Shown piece by piece: positions 36,425 to 48,404 of a stretch of 64,000 nucleotides of DNA. Source of the stretch: Mobula hypostoma (taxonomy: Eukaryota); NCBI RefSeq assembly GCF_963921235.1, contig NC_086097.1, positions 50,780,001 to 50,844,000 on the forward strand, written 5' to 3'. The notes beneath the pieces are model-generated. The model was not told the origin of the DNA and ran no database searches. It worked only from the letters and a program-made list of their open reading frames with translations. Made by a program: the position numbers and the translations under genes. Position 1 is the stretch's first letter. Each line of letters starts with the position of its first letter.

Positions 36425-38701
36425 AAATGCAACCCTCGGCAGTAGCAATGGCTCATAACAACTCTCATTAATGGTGCAGTGATCCACTCTGTTCATGGGT
36501 CATTAGACAGGGACAATAAATAGTAGCAATGGCCTGTGAAAGTATATAAAAAAGGTAACAAAATATTCCCAGCAAACTTGTCAAATAAATTTACCTCCTT
36601 TCATTTAGTAGTATGAACAGTCTAGAATATGAAAACAACTGTTGATAAATAGAGAAGCAGAAGTCCAGTGAAGCCTATCCTATCATTCAATATGATCCTG
36701 GCCGATCGTTTACAATGACTCCATATTCCTTCTCTCTCCCTGAACACTTTGATGCTTTTAATTCTGGAAACCATTTATTTCCACCTCAAATATATTCAGC
36801 AACTATGCCTCCACAGCTTTCTGTGGTAAAGAATTCTGCCACCTCATTTAAATCTTAATTCTCTTAACCCGTACCTAAGACGGTGACTCAAGTTCTCTTT
36901 TCCCCAAATCCCCCCCCCCTCACAACCAGCCACTGAAAATATCCTCCCTGTGGGTCAGACCTGTCAGAAATTTGTATATTTTAATGAGATCCTCTAAGCC
37001 CTAGAGAGTGCAGGCATGATATTTCTGCCATTCCCTAAAAGATCAGGTGATTTCTTCATCGTAGGTTATCCGTGGTAAATATATCCTTTCTTAGTCAGGA
37101 GACCGAAACTGCACACAGAACTCCAAGTGAGGTCTCATCAAAGCTGTGCTTAATTGTAGGCAGACATCTTTGTCTCTGTATGGCATGTTAGCACAGTGAT
37201 TAGCATGACACTATTACAGCTTGGGGCTTTGGAGTTCGGATTTCAATTCCAACACCGCATGTAAGAAGTTTGTATGTGCATGGGTTTCTTCCCACAGTCC
37301 AAGGATTACCGGTTAATTACCGGTTATTACTTGGTCATTGTAGTTGTCTTGTGATTAGGCTCGGTTTGAGTAGGTGGGTTGCTGGCCAGTGTGGCTCATT
37401 TGGCCAGCAAGGCCTGTTCCACGCTGTATCTCTAAATAAATAAATAAATAAATAGATAGATAGATAAATAGATAAATGGGATGAAAACCTCTTGTACCAA
37501 AGGCTGATTATACCATTCGCCTTTTGGTTTGCTTTCAATGAGCGGCTACCCAGGTCCCTTTGTAATCCTGTATTTCCCAGTCTATTAACCGGTTACATAA
37601 TGCAATGCATTTCTGTTCCCCCCCCCCCCAAAGTGAATAATTTCATGTTATACTACATCTGCCACATCTTTTGCCTACGCACTCATCTTGCCTAAATTGC
37701 CTTACAGTCTCTTTGTTGGGTCCTCACAACTCAGTTCCCCTTAGCTTGGTATCACAGCAAATTTGGGCATATTACATTCAGTCCCTTCACCCAAGTATAT
37801 TGTGAATGGCTGCAGCCCAAGCACTGATACCTAGGCCACCCTGAAAAAGACCAATTTATTCCTCTTGTTTCCTGCCTGTCATCTATTCACATCCCTATTA
37901 CTAATATTAGGCTAACCTCCCGATCATTCCTGTTTTCTCTCGCCTTCCCTTTTTAAATAGCATGATTATATTTGCCACCCATAGTTATAATCTATAGAAG
38001 ACAACTACCAATACCTGCATTATTTCCATGGCTAACTCTTTTAATTCTGTGGGATGCAGATTATCAGGCCCTGAGCATTTATGTGCTGTTAGTCCTTTTA
38101 CTTAGTTAAACCTGATCCCTGAATATTCAGTTCAATTGAAAAATTTTTCTGACTGCTTATCACATTTTACGCTTAATGGTTTACAAGAAAGAGTTACAAC
38201 TGATGTCTTGCTTTCTCCTCCCAAGCCTCAAAAAGAACTGCAGATACTTCAGGAGGTTCCAGAAAGAAACAAGGATAGAGGCATGTAATTCCATGAAATC
38301 TTGGTATAAATGAGATTTGCTTCATGTTAAAAATCAAAAACATGATCAGTAAACACCATACACACGGGGTGCGCATTATTTCTTAATTGGCAGGCAAAAT
38401 TTCTTAGCATTTATAATATTTATGCAAGCAACAAGTCTTAATTTATTTTACATAACAGTCTTCTGTATCAATTTCTTAAAAATTGAGTCAAAATCATGGA
38501 ATCACACAACACAGATAACAGGCCCTTCAGCCCACTGGTCCTGTACTGACCTTCATGCACCCATTTATATGCATTTTAAACTAATTCCTTTTATTTCTCC
38601 CCATATTCCCATTAGCATCCCTCAAAGCCTACCACCCAATTACATACTAGCAGCCAAGTAACCTACCAACCTACAAATCCGTGGGATGTGGGAGGAAGTC
38701 A

Positions 38702-39830
38702 CAAGGTTCACACGGTAGGCTTATTCAGAAAGTCAGAAGGCATGGGATCGAGGGAAGTTTGGCCAGGTAGATTCAGAATTGGCTTGCCTGCAGAAGGCAG
38801 AGGGTTGTGGTGGAGGGAGTAGATTCAGATTAGAGGGTTGTGACTAGTGGTGTCTCACAAGGATCTGTTCTGGGACCTCTACTTTTCGTGATTTTTATTA
38901 ACGACCTGGATGTGGGGGTAGAAGGGTGGGTTGGCAAGTTTGCAGATGACACAAAGGTTGGTGGTGTTGTAGATAGTGTAGAGGATTATCAAAGATTGCC
39001 GAGAGACATTGATAGGATGCAGAAGTGGGCTGAGAAGTGGCAGATGGAGTTCAACCCGGAGAAGTGTGAGGTGGTACACTTTGGAAGGACAAACTCCAAG
39101 GCAGAGTACAAAGTAAATGGCAGGACACTTGGTAGCATGGAGGAGCAGAGGGATCTGGGGGGTACATCTCCACAGGTCACTGAAAGTTGCCTGACAGGTA
39201 GATAGGGTAGTTAAGAAAGCTTATGGGGTGTTAGCCTTCATAAGTCAAGGGATAGAGTATAAGAGTCGCGAGGTAATGATGCAGCTCTATAAAACTCTGG
39301 TTGGGCCACACTTGGAGTACTGTGTCCAGCTCAGGTCACCTCACTATAGGAAGGATGTGGAAGCATTGGAAAGGGTACAGAGGAGATTTACCAGGATGCT
39401 GCCTGGTTTACGGAGTATGGATTATAATCAGAGTTTAAGGGAGCTAGGTCTTTACTCTTTGGAGAGAAGGAGGGTGAGAGGAGACATGATAGAGGTATAC
39501 AAGATATTAAGAGGAATAGATAGAGTGGGCAGCCAGCGCCTCTTCCCCAGGGCACCACTGCTCAATATAAGAGGACATGGGTTTAAGGTAAGGGGTGGGA
39601 AGTTCAAGAGGGATATTAGAGGAAGGTTTTTCACTCAGAGAGTGGTTGGTGCGTGGAATGCACTGCCTGAGTCAGTGGTGGAGGCAGATACACTAGTGAA
39701 ATTTAAGAGACTACTAGACAGGTATATGGAGGAATTTAAGGTGGGGGGTTATATGAGAGGCAGGGTTTAAGGGTCGGCACAACATTGTGGGCCGAAGGGC
39801 CCTGTACTGTGCTGTACTATTCCATGTTCT
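38702..39830 (+). mobile_element. Relatively young CR1 3' fragment nested in a V-SINE
   Basis: ORFs 38840-39205 and 39228-39770 (GVSQGSVLGPLLF, KFADDTK, FFTQRVVGAWN). 6-bp flanking repeat AAGTCA (38696-38701 / 39831-39836). The SINE resumes after 39831. Confidence 0.9.
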
Positions 39831-40530
39831 AAGTCAGGGCACTTGGAGGATACCTAGATGGTCACAATGAGAATGTGCAAACTCGACACAGACAACACCT
39901 GAAATCGGGATTGATTGTGGATCATTGGAACTGTTAGTCTATTGCTCTCTAAAAATAAACTGCAACATTTTAATATAACTCTCTCCTCAAATCCTTTCCA
40001 TGGAGAAGCTAACGTTAAAAAATCCCAAAATGTAACCATATTATAGAAACAAATTACACAGATTGGAAATAATTAGTAAATTTTGCTTCTGAATCAGCTT
40101 TAAAACCACTAGCAGACCCCTGCCAAATTGTTTCTAAGAAATGGGGCCTGTTATTAAATCACATATTGGCTAGAAGCACGTCAAGTTTCCTCAATTTCTA
40201 AATTCCTTTCTCCCTTCCTTTCCCCATGATTTTGTCTCTCTTCCAAACCTTGCTATGGTTTTATATCTCTACCAATTTTATTCCTTCTTTGATTCTGAAC
40301 AGCCTGTCCTATACAATACCCTCAGCTTCACCTCAATTAATTCAAAGCTTGGCAATGACGATGAAATCATTCTCTACCACCTTGCCTCGAGGCCCATTTC
40401 CAAGGCCAGGAGTATTCATCCCAGGCTGTGGACCTTTCCTTCTGTCTTTAGAATTCCTAATTGACCTATTGATAGTTCTTTATTTTTAAATCTGTAAATC
40501 TTATTAGTTAAGATCCTCAATGTAAAATCC

Positions 40531-40683
40531 CAGTTGTCTTGTTCTAGCTGCATCATCATCAGTAATCAATCTAACCCACAGAGGACAGCTACTGCTCCAG
40601 CACAGTATCCAGGTTGCAGTTCTGAGGAAGGTCTGTGGGTTAGACAGATGACTGATGATGATGCAGCTAGAACAAGACAACTG
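40531..40683. repeat. Near-perfect inverted repeat (52-bp arms, 49-nt spacer)
   Basis: 40531-40582 matches the reverse complement of 40632-40683 at 49/52 positions; the outer 33 bp are perfect. Confidence 0.97.
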
Positions 40684-40901
40684 AGTAAACCTGTCCTTTG
40701 CACAAATACTAAAGTTATATTCAGATATCATTACTTGAAGATGTTGGTAGAATATTGCTATGCATAAAATGGCTACCAGATTGGCCTATATAAGGTACAT
40801 CACTTAAAAGCAATTGAGTGAATAGTTGATTAGAATCTGAATGACAGTGTGTTGCCTACAAGCAGGATTTAATTGGTTCTGATTCCAACAATTTCACTTA
40901 C

Positions 40902-41051
40902 TACTGGTATATTTCTGTTTGGTTGTCTCACGCGTCTTTTGAGAGGTTTTTGTTTGATCATTTCCTTTTCCTTTCTAGGGTTGTTGAAGTAAGGGAGATC
41001 CAGCAACTGCTCACAGTTTAGACGATCGTCAGGGTCCATTTGCAAACAGCC
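40902..41051 (-). CDS. CDKL1: CDKL1 penultimate coding exon (kinase subdomain XI)
   Basis: Acceptor ttttaacacag, donor gtaagt, 150 nt. Reads GCLQMDPDDRLNCEQLLDLPYFNNPRKEKEMIKQKPLKRRVRQPNRNIPV. Confidence 0.93.
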
Positions 41052-41110
41052 CTGTGTTAAAAGTAATACTGTTTCAAATCTTCTTTGTAAACAGATAATT
41101 TTATAGACAC

Positions 41111-42321
41111 AAACAACAGGAATTCTGCAGATGCTGGAAATTCAAGCAACATACATCAAAGTTGCTGGTGAACGCAGCAGGCCAAGCAGCATCTATAGGA
41201 AGAGGCGCAGTCGACGTTTCAGGCCGAGACCCTTCGTCAGGACTAACTGAAGGAAGAGTGAGTAAGGGATTTGAAAGCTGGAGGGGGAGGGGGAGATCCA
41301 AAATGATAGGAGAAGACGGGAGGGGGAGGGATAGAGCCGAGAGCTGGACAGGTGATAGGCAAAAGGGGATACGAGAGGATCATGGGACAGGAGGTCCGGG
41401 AAGAAAGACGGGGGGGGGGGACCCAGAGGATGGGCAAGAGGTATATTCAGAGGGACAGAGGGAGAAAAAGGAGAGTGAGAGAAAGAATGTGTGCATAAAA
41501 ATGAGTAACAGATGGGGTACGAGGGGGAGGTGGGGCCTAGCGGAAGTTAGAGAAGTCAATGTTCATGCCATCAGGTTGGAGGCTACCCAGACGGAATATA
41601 AGGTGTTGTTCCTCCAACCTGAGTGTGGCTTCATCTTTACAGTAGAGGAGGCCGTGGATAGACATGTCAGAATGGGAATGGGATGTGGAATTAAAATGTG
41701 TGGCCACTGGGAGATCCTGCTTTCTCTGGCGGACAGAGCGTAGATGTTCAGCAAAGCGGTCTCCCAGCCTGCGTCGGGTCTCACCAATATATAAAAGGCC
41801 ACATCGGGAGCACCGGACGCAGTATATCACCCCAGTCGACTCACAGGTGAAGTGATGCCTCACCTGGAAGGACTGTTTGGGGCCCTGAATGGTGGTAAGG
41901 GAGGAAGTGTAAGGGCATGTGTAGCACTTGTTCCGCTTACACGGATAAGTGCCAGGAGGGAGATCAGTGGGGAGGGATGGGGGGGACGAATGGACAAGGG
42001 AGTTGTGTAGGGAGCGATCCCTGCGGAATGCAGAGAGGGGGGGGGGAGGGAAAGATGTGCTTAGTGGTGGGATCCCGTTGGAGGTGGCGGAAGTTACGGA
42101 GAATAATATGTTGGACCCGGAGGCTGGTGGGGTGGTAGGTGAGGACCAGGGGAACCCTATTCCTAGTGGGGTGGTGGGAGGATGGAGTGAGAGCAGATGT
42201 ACGTGAAATGGGGGAGATGCGTTTAAGAGCAGAGTTGATAGTGGAGGAAGGGAAGCCCCTTTCTTTAAAAAAATTTTAAAAGAATTTTAAATAAAATTTA
42301 AATTTTAAATAAAATTTTAAA
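41111..42321 (-). mobile_element. Penelope-like retroelement (Neptune-type), 5'-truncated, with GIY-YIG endonuclease
   Basis: ORF 41537-41863 reads VIYCVRCSRCGLLYIGETRRRLGDRFAEH...QPDGMN. Upstream Cys linker PCKRNKCYTC. Perfect 14-bp TSD AATTTTATAGACAC (41097-41110 / 42322-42335). Confidence 0.93.
41209..41244 (-). ncRNA. Minimal type I hammerhead ribozyme motif in the Penelope-like element
   Basis: Minus strand reads AGUC-CUGACGA-AGG(gucucgg)CCU-GAAA-CGUC-GACU: conserved core, stem I AGUC/GACU, stem II, loopless palindromic stem III (ACGU) and a GUC cleavage triplet. Confidence 0.7.
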
Positions 42322-44419
42322 AATTTTATAGACACTTTTATTTTTCCCTCCTCTAATGTTTGCCTTCCTTTATTTACCATCTCGTTTCCATCAGGAAGGA
42401 ATGGCCTCTCCCTTTAGACACCTCCATTGCATGTAGTTTTAACTGATACAGAGACAAAGGATAAAAACTCCTTACCCAGTGCCATAAGACTGATAAACTT
42501 ACTGATGAGATCAGGTTGAAAATACATGGTATACTTAAGGCAGGTGTTCAGAACTTAATAAATAAAAGTAAGAAACCAACAATTTAAAATTTAACAGTGG
42601 CAACAATGTTGTTTTCAGCCAATGGGAGACTGGAATTACCTGGGCTAAAATATGGCCTTTATTAGGTCAGTTTTGAACATTGTGCTATCTCCCCCTCACC
42701 CCCACCACCACCACTACCACCACTCCTGTTATATCTGGAGGAAAATATGTATATTTAACATTCCAAAAATATGTACATCTGTCAGTTAGATCCAATTAGG
42801 AAATAAAGAAATTTGGTCCACGAAGTATTAGCATATTGAAGGATTTCTTTATAGCCATAAATATTTAATGAAATTACTCCCAAAATTGGTATCTGAAATG
42901 TCTTGTTAGTTTGTACATGTTTTTGTAATACTAAAAAGATGACTCATCTTAAACATAAATTTTAGTAGTCAATCACATGCCCTCACTGCTGAAGTGACCT
43001 TTAATAATTGTCCAGTGAAAGGGGATTTTACATCCATTCTGTATACCCTTTACTAATAAATCTACAAACTAAATGATAATAGCGTGCCTCCTTAACACAC
43101 TATGTGTAAAAAGTTTATCCCAAACTCTACTGGATTTATTGTAGTATGTTACATTTATAGTCTACAGTTGTGAATTTCTTGTCTTATTTTTTGCCCTCCA
43201 AACTTTCATCAGATAATTCCTCATCTCTTTTCTACAAAAAAGAGTCCCAGGTTAATTAGTCTTTCCTAATAAAGTTTATCTTCTCAGTTCTCATATCATA
43301 CAAATGAATCTTTTTTGTACTTTCTCCAACATTTAAAAAGAATATATGCAGAGCAGAAATGTGCTCAGCTTTCCGGATGTGGCATAATCAAGTTTCAGCA
43401 TGTTTACATAATTTCAAAGTTCAAAGTAAATTTATTATCAAAGCACGTATATGTCACCATATCCTACATTAATATTCATTTTCTTGCAGGCATTCACAGA
43501 GGAACAAAGAAATACAATAGCTTCAATGAAAAACTACATACAAAGTGACTTTTCAGTACTGTCTCTCTATGAATAAAAAAAAGGACATTTTTTTTAAACA
43601 GGTCCTATAAACTGCCATCACTTTACACAAATAACTCATTGTTCCTGAATCACATTCAGATTCCCATTATTCTTAATACTTAATATAAAGAATTGTGTAC
43701 AGGTTTGTCTTCTGTATCTAACCACTTTATAATAAAATCAGAGACACCTTTTTTTAGGGTATATACTGAGACAAAGTAATTTTTCAATTTTCTGACATTT
43801 AATTGACATTATTCAAGTTTATCTTGTGTCTCTTTTAGCAACACTATCTCTATTCTGTCTTTAATTTAAAGCTCTGTAGAATAGTTTTCTACTTACTTTG
43901 TACTTTCTAATGGGTCTTATTGATTTCTGTATTATTTTCTAATAATTTCTGGTTCTTTTTTGTTGTTAACTGCTTTATCATCCACTGTATACCTTTTTCT
44001 ACAGTTCATTTGTTCCTTATCTCTTTATGTTCCAGTGTTTTATTTTCTTTCTCTGATCGCTGCTTAAATATTTTGCACTTTTCTCCTTATCAAAAATTTG
44101 CCATTCCTAATTCCTTTTACATCCACTTAATTTGAACTTTGACCCTATTATTTTGGTCTTGCTTTACTTCAATCTTTCTGAATCTTTACTTTAATCCAGC
44201 TGGCTGCGAGTGAGTAGACTTGGCTCAATGAAGGAGGAGTGTTGGTTGGCGCACTGGCTGTGAATGGTGTGGGGATGTCGGGAAATAGTGTAGGTTCAGG
44301 TAGGGGGAGGATCTGAAAAAGGAACCGGGAATGGAGGGTTGGGGTGAGTGCAGGTTGGCAGGAGGAGGTTGGAATGAAGTTGAGTCTAGATCTGGAAAAC
44401 AGAAAGAGAAACAATATGA

Positions 44420-46940
44420 CTGTTACCAAAATAGAGAAGGTTGAGTTATTGACATGATCATTTGCTGCAGTTCATGATCAAGATAATGTAAGTGAAGAGG
44501 CTAAACAATGCAGGGACAAGGCTCTAAGTGAACAGTCCGATGTGTTGGAAGCCAGCTGCAGCAATGATAGTATTAGTGATGTAGAGTTTTCTTTGTGTGA
44601 ATTTAAGAAAGCTAATAATATTACAGGTCAGACGGATATAGGAAAGGATGATCTATGTTATTGTATGTTTAAACATATGGCTGACAACTCTCTTCAGGTA
44701 ATATTAAAACTTTAGAATCATATTTAGAGTTTAGGCCATCTTCTCTCCTCATGGAAAGTGGCAGTTGCAGTAGCAGTGCCTATTCTAAGACCTGGGAAAT
44801 CCCCGTTGGATCCTTCTAGTTATAGACCAATATCAATAACGTCCCATTTGTGTAAACTTATGGAACCTATGGTAATAGAGTAGTTGAATTATATTTTGGG
44901 AAAAAAAGAGGTGATATAGCATTTTATCAGAGCAGAATTTAGGAAGGGTAGAATGACAATAGAATCAGTTTTATGTTTGAAAATGACATGAGGAAAGCAC
45001 AGGCAAATAAAGAAGTTGTAATAGCAGTATTTTTTGATATTGAAAAAGGATATAATATGTTATGCAAGGAAGATCATTGGATTAAATTTTGGAAATTTGG
45101 AGTGAGAGGAAGGCTATATAATTTTTCTGAGTTTTTTTTACTTGGACAGTCTATACAGATAAGATGGTGCTTCATGGATCAGAGGTAGAAATTTCAATTT
45201 AACTGTATATAGGATGCAATTAGTGATTAATAGGGTTGAACAGTGAGCAAATAGATGGAGTTTTAAGATTTCAATAGACCTGTGCTTGATAGAAGTGTCA
45301 GTGGTAAAATTTCTTGGCATGTGGCTAGATAATAAGCTGACATGGAAGCACCATATCATTCAAATAATTGATATATGTAAATGAGCATTAAGTATCTTTG
45401 GGTGTCTATGTGTGAATCCTTGGGGTGCTACACGAAAATCTCTGTTGACCATTTATATTTATTTAGTTAGGTCGGTACTTGATTATGGCTCTGGGGCTTA
45501 TGGATCAGCTTCATCTTCAAAATTAAAATGTTTGGATGTGATACAAGGACAGGCTTTAAGGCTGTGTTGTGGTGCAGTAAGGCTGTCTCCTGTTTCAGCT
45601 TTACTGGTTGAAAAAGGACAATTACCCTTACAATTGCGGAGGTTGAAGTTCATGTTAACATACTAGATTAATTTGGGGGGGGGTCACCCTGTTTAAAGTG
45701 TGTTGGAAGACTGTTGGGAACATCACATGAAGAGTGTTTTTAGTTTTGGGTGGCTGGGCTCTTATCACATTAGGAACATGGGTTTGCTGGATTATGCAGT
45801 GTGTCCCACTGTAGCTTTTTCAGTAAACTCACTGTGGTTTTTACCAATAACTTTAGATGATTTTAGGTTGCATCATTTAATGAAGTCCAAGGATCTTGAT
45901 ACGCCTGGGAGTCTGTCGGTTCATCAACATGTTAAGGGAAATTATTGTAATATGTTAACCATTTTTATTGATGGATCAAAAGATAATTTAACTGGGAATG
46001 TTGGTGTGGCTGTTTTAGTGCCTGAATTACAGGTAACAATAAAGAAGCATCCAACTAACCATTTATCAGTATTTACAGCAAAATTGGTTGCCATCATTTT
46101 GGGCTTACAGTGGGTGGAGGAAATTTGTCCTTGCAAAGTTGTATTTTGTTCAGATTCTTTTTCGGATTTGACTAGTCTTAAAGCAGGTCATTCTAGCAGT
46201 AGGTCAGATTTACTGCTGGAAGCTTTTCAAAAGTTATTTCATATTCAAAGGATTGGTTTATATGTCTTCCTCTTACAGGTCCCTGCACATAAAGGTTGTT
46301 GTGGGGAATGAGTGGGTTGATTGTTTGGCCAAAAAAAAGCCGTTAAAAGTTTATCTGTGGATATAGACCTTCACCTTAGCAAATCAGAAGCTAAGGGGTT
46401 GATGGGGCTAAGAATTTGGGGATTACGGCAAGACCTGTGGGATAATGGGCATTAGGGAAGACACCTTTACAGAATACATAAAACTTCTGGATTGATGGGA
46501 GAAGGGGGTAAAATAATAAGGGAAGGAATTATATTGACTCGACTTAGAATTGGACACACTATGCCTTATATCTTGTTGGAACACACTCGGGGTGTATAGG
46601 TTTTGTCATCATTATGAAACAGTTCAACACATTCTTTTACAATGTAAAGCATACAAGTTGTAATAAAGCAAATGCAGGCTGCACTTCTATCTCCAGGGAT
46701 TGATAGCTTTCTTTTAAAAACCTTACTAATTTATGGAAGTGACTTTAATTTAATTCACAATATTATCTTTCATTATTTACAATCTATAGGGCTTTTTGGG
46801 GTAATTTAGTTTTCATTTGATAAAGAACTAGTAGGGGTTTTATTTCCCAACATTCTACACCACTCTCCAATCCAGTTGGTGGCAGTAATGCACCATTAAG
46901 TTGGACTGCCAACCGCCATTAAAAGCCAGAGGAAGAAGAT
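44420..46940 (+). mobile_element. I-group (Nimb-like) LINE with RT and RNase H remnants
   Basis: AVFFDIEKGY (RT), LVRSVLDYGS, IFIDGSK...VVFCSDS...VPAHKG (RNase H). 3' end GTTGGTGGCAGTAATGCACC...GAAGAAGA. Many stops; the RT core appears internally deleted near 45170-45190. Confidence 0.82.
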
Positions 46941-47171
46941 TAGTTTAATTTAATGTTATTAAAACTGCTATAACAGAACAGACTAGTTTCAGCTGAACAC
47001 CATCTACACCTAAAGTCATAAAGTCATAAACCTGTCTTACGAGATTCAGCAGTTAAATACCTGTTCAAGAAAAATACTAAAAATATAGCTTTTTCAATGA
47101 TTTACTGTAGTCATATTCTATCATTCTTTGTATGACAACACTGATGTATTTACATGCCAAAGAGTATTCAC

Positions 47172-47228
47172 CTTCATTAATCCAAGGGCATTTTGAGAAA
47201 TATTTGCAAACTTCATTTCCAAAGTTTC
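47172..47228 (-). CDS. CDKL1: CDKL1 57-nt exon
   Basis: Acceptor tttttgtacag, donor AAG|gtgaat, phase 0/0. Reads ETLEMKFANISQNALGLMK. Confidence 0.92.
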
Positions 47229-48404
47229 CTGTACAAAAAAAAATCAATTTACAAGAACAATCTGTGGAAACATGCAAAAAGTAAAATGTTCTTGAATGCT
47301 TAAAGGTAATTAATTATAATTAATTGATTAAGTAAAGTTAAGTAAATGCTTAAATTATTCATCCAATCCATTAATGTCTAATTGTGGAATTTAATTCAGC
47401 ATATAAAAAAAGGGATTAATTGAACAATAGTTTGTCTAAACTAAAAAAAAAGTTGTAGAATGTACTTTGTAGCTGACAATTTTATTGTGGTACAAATTCT
47501 GACAATACAATCATGTCAAACCATAGAAGTTCCTTTTTGGCACCTTGTACCTTGTACAGGTTTTGTCATCATAGGCTCATAATTATAATGGAATTGGCTG
47601 ACTTTTTTCCTTTACCTGCATAAATCATTGATGATTGTGTTTGCCAATGTTGTTTGTGATTAACATAGAGAGGAATTTAAAGAACAGGCTTAGATGAAGG
47701 AAGAGGGACATCTCTGGGAGGAGCTGTATAATTAACGCCAAAGCAGGCCTCTACTCATTAATTAAGTCTAACAAAAGTATTCTAATAAGTTTTCCAATGC
47801 ACTGTAGAATATTGCCAAAGTGACCACAAATTAACACTGTGAGCTATTTTAAGTATTCATTCTTGATGCCCTTGGCAAGGCCAGAATTCCCAATAATTGT
47901 CTCAGCTTTGTGTCTCAATTTAGGCAATTTCAAAGAGCAGTTTAGAGCCAAACGTATGGCAGGTCTGTAATCAGATACAAACCTGACCATGTAAAGGTAG
48001 CTGACTTCTTTCCCTGAAGTAAAAAAGTGAACCAGATAGGTGTTTAATGACATTCCAGTAATTTCATACTTATCATTATAGATGAGATTTTAAATTCCAG
48101 AATGAATTAGTTTAGAATCACTGCACATACCCGGCAGGAATTGACTCTGCAATATGTGTAATGTACACTAATTTGCCAGCAACAATTTATCCCCAGATCC
48201 TTTGGTCAGACCTGAAAATGGGCCTTCAAATCCAAAAGTATGGGTACCCATGCTTTGGATATTTACCTAGTATTGCCTCAGTAAATTGGGAAGGAGAGGA
48301 TGTAAATTGCAGGACACACTCTGACATATACCAAAAACCTTGTAACCCCACCCCATTTTTACTCTCTGTGCTGAATGGCATGACAAATGCATGTAAAAAC
48401 AATG

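Noticed and set aside
37433..37478. (TAAA)/(TAGA) microsatellite, plus the (GA)n near 14780 and poly-G/C runs
   Set aside because: These are ordinary simple repeats, mostly derived from retroelement tails.
40651..40683. CTGATGA in the hairpin arm as a hammerhead or C/D snoRNA box
   Set aside because: It is part of a (GAT)n run, with no stem II/GAAA and no convincing box C/D arrangement.
41537..41863. GIY-YIG ORF as a host nuclease gene or homing endonuclease
   Set aside because: It is the 3' end of a 5'-truncated Penelope-like element, with a TSD and multiple decayed paralogues in the window.
45700..46311. 203-aa RNase H ORF as a domesticated gene
   Set aside because: It sits within a decayed LINE, with flanking stops and substitutions at normally conserved residues.
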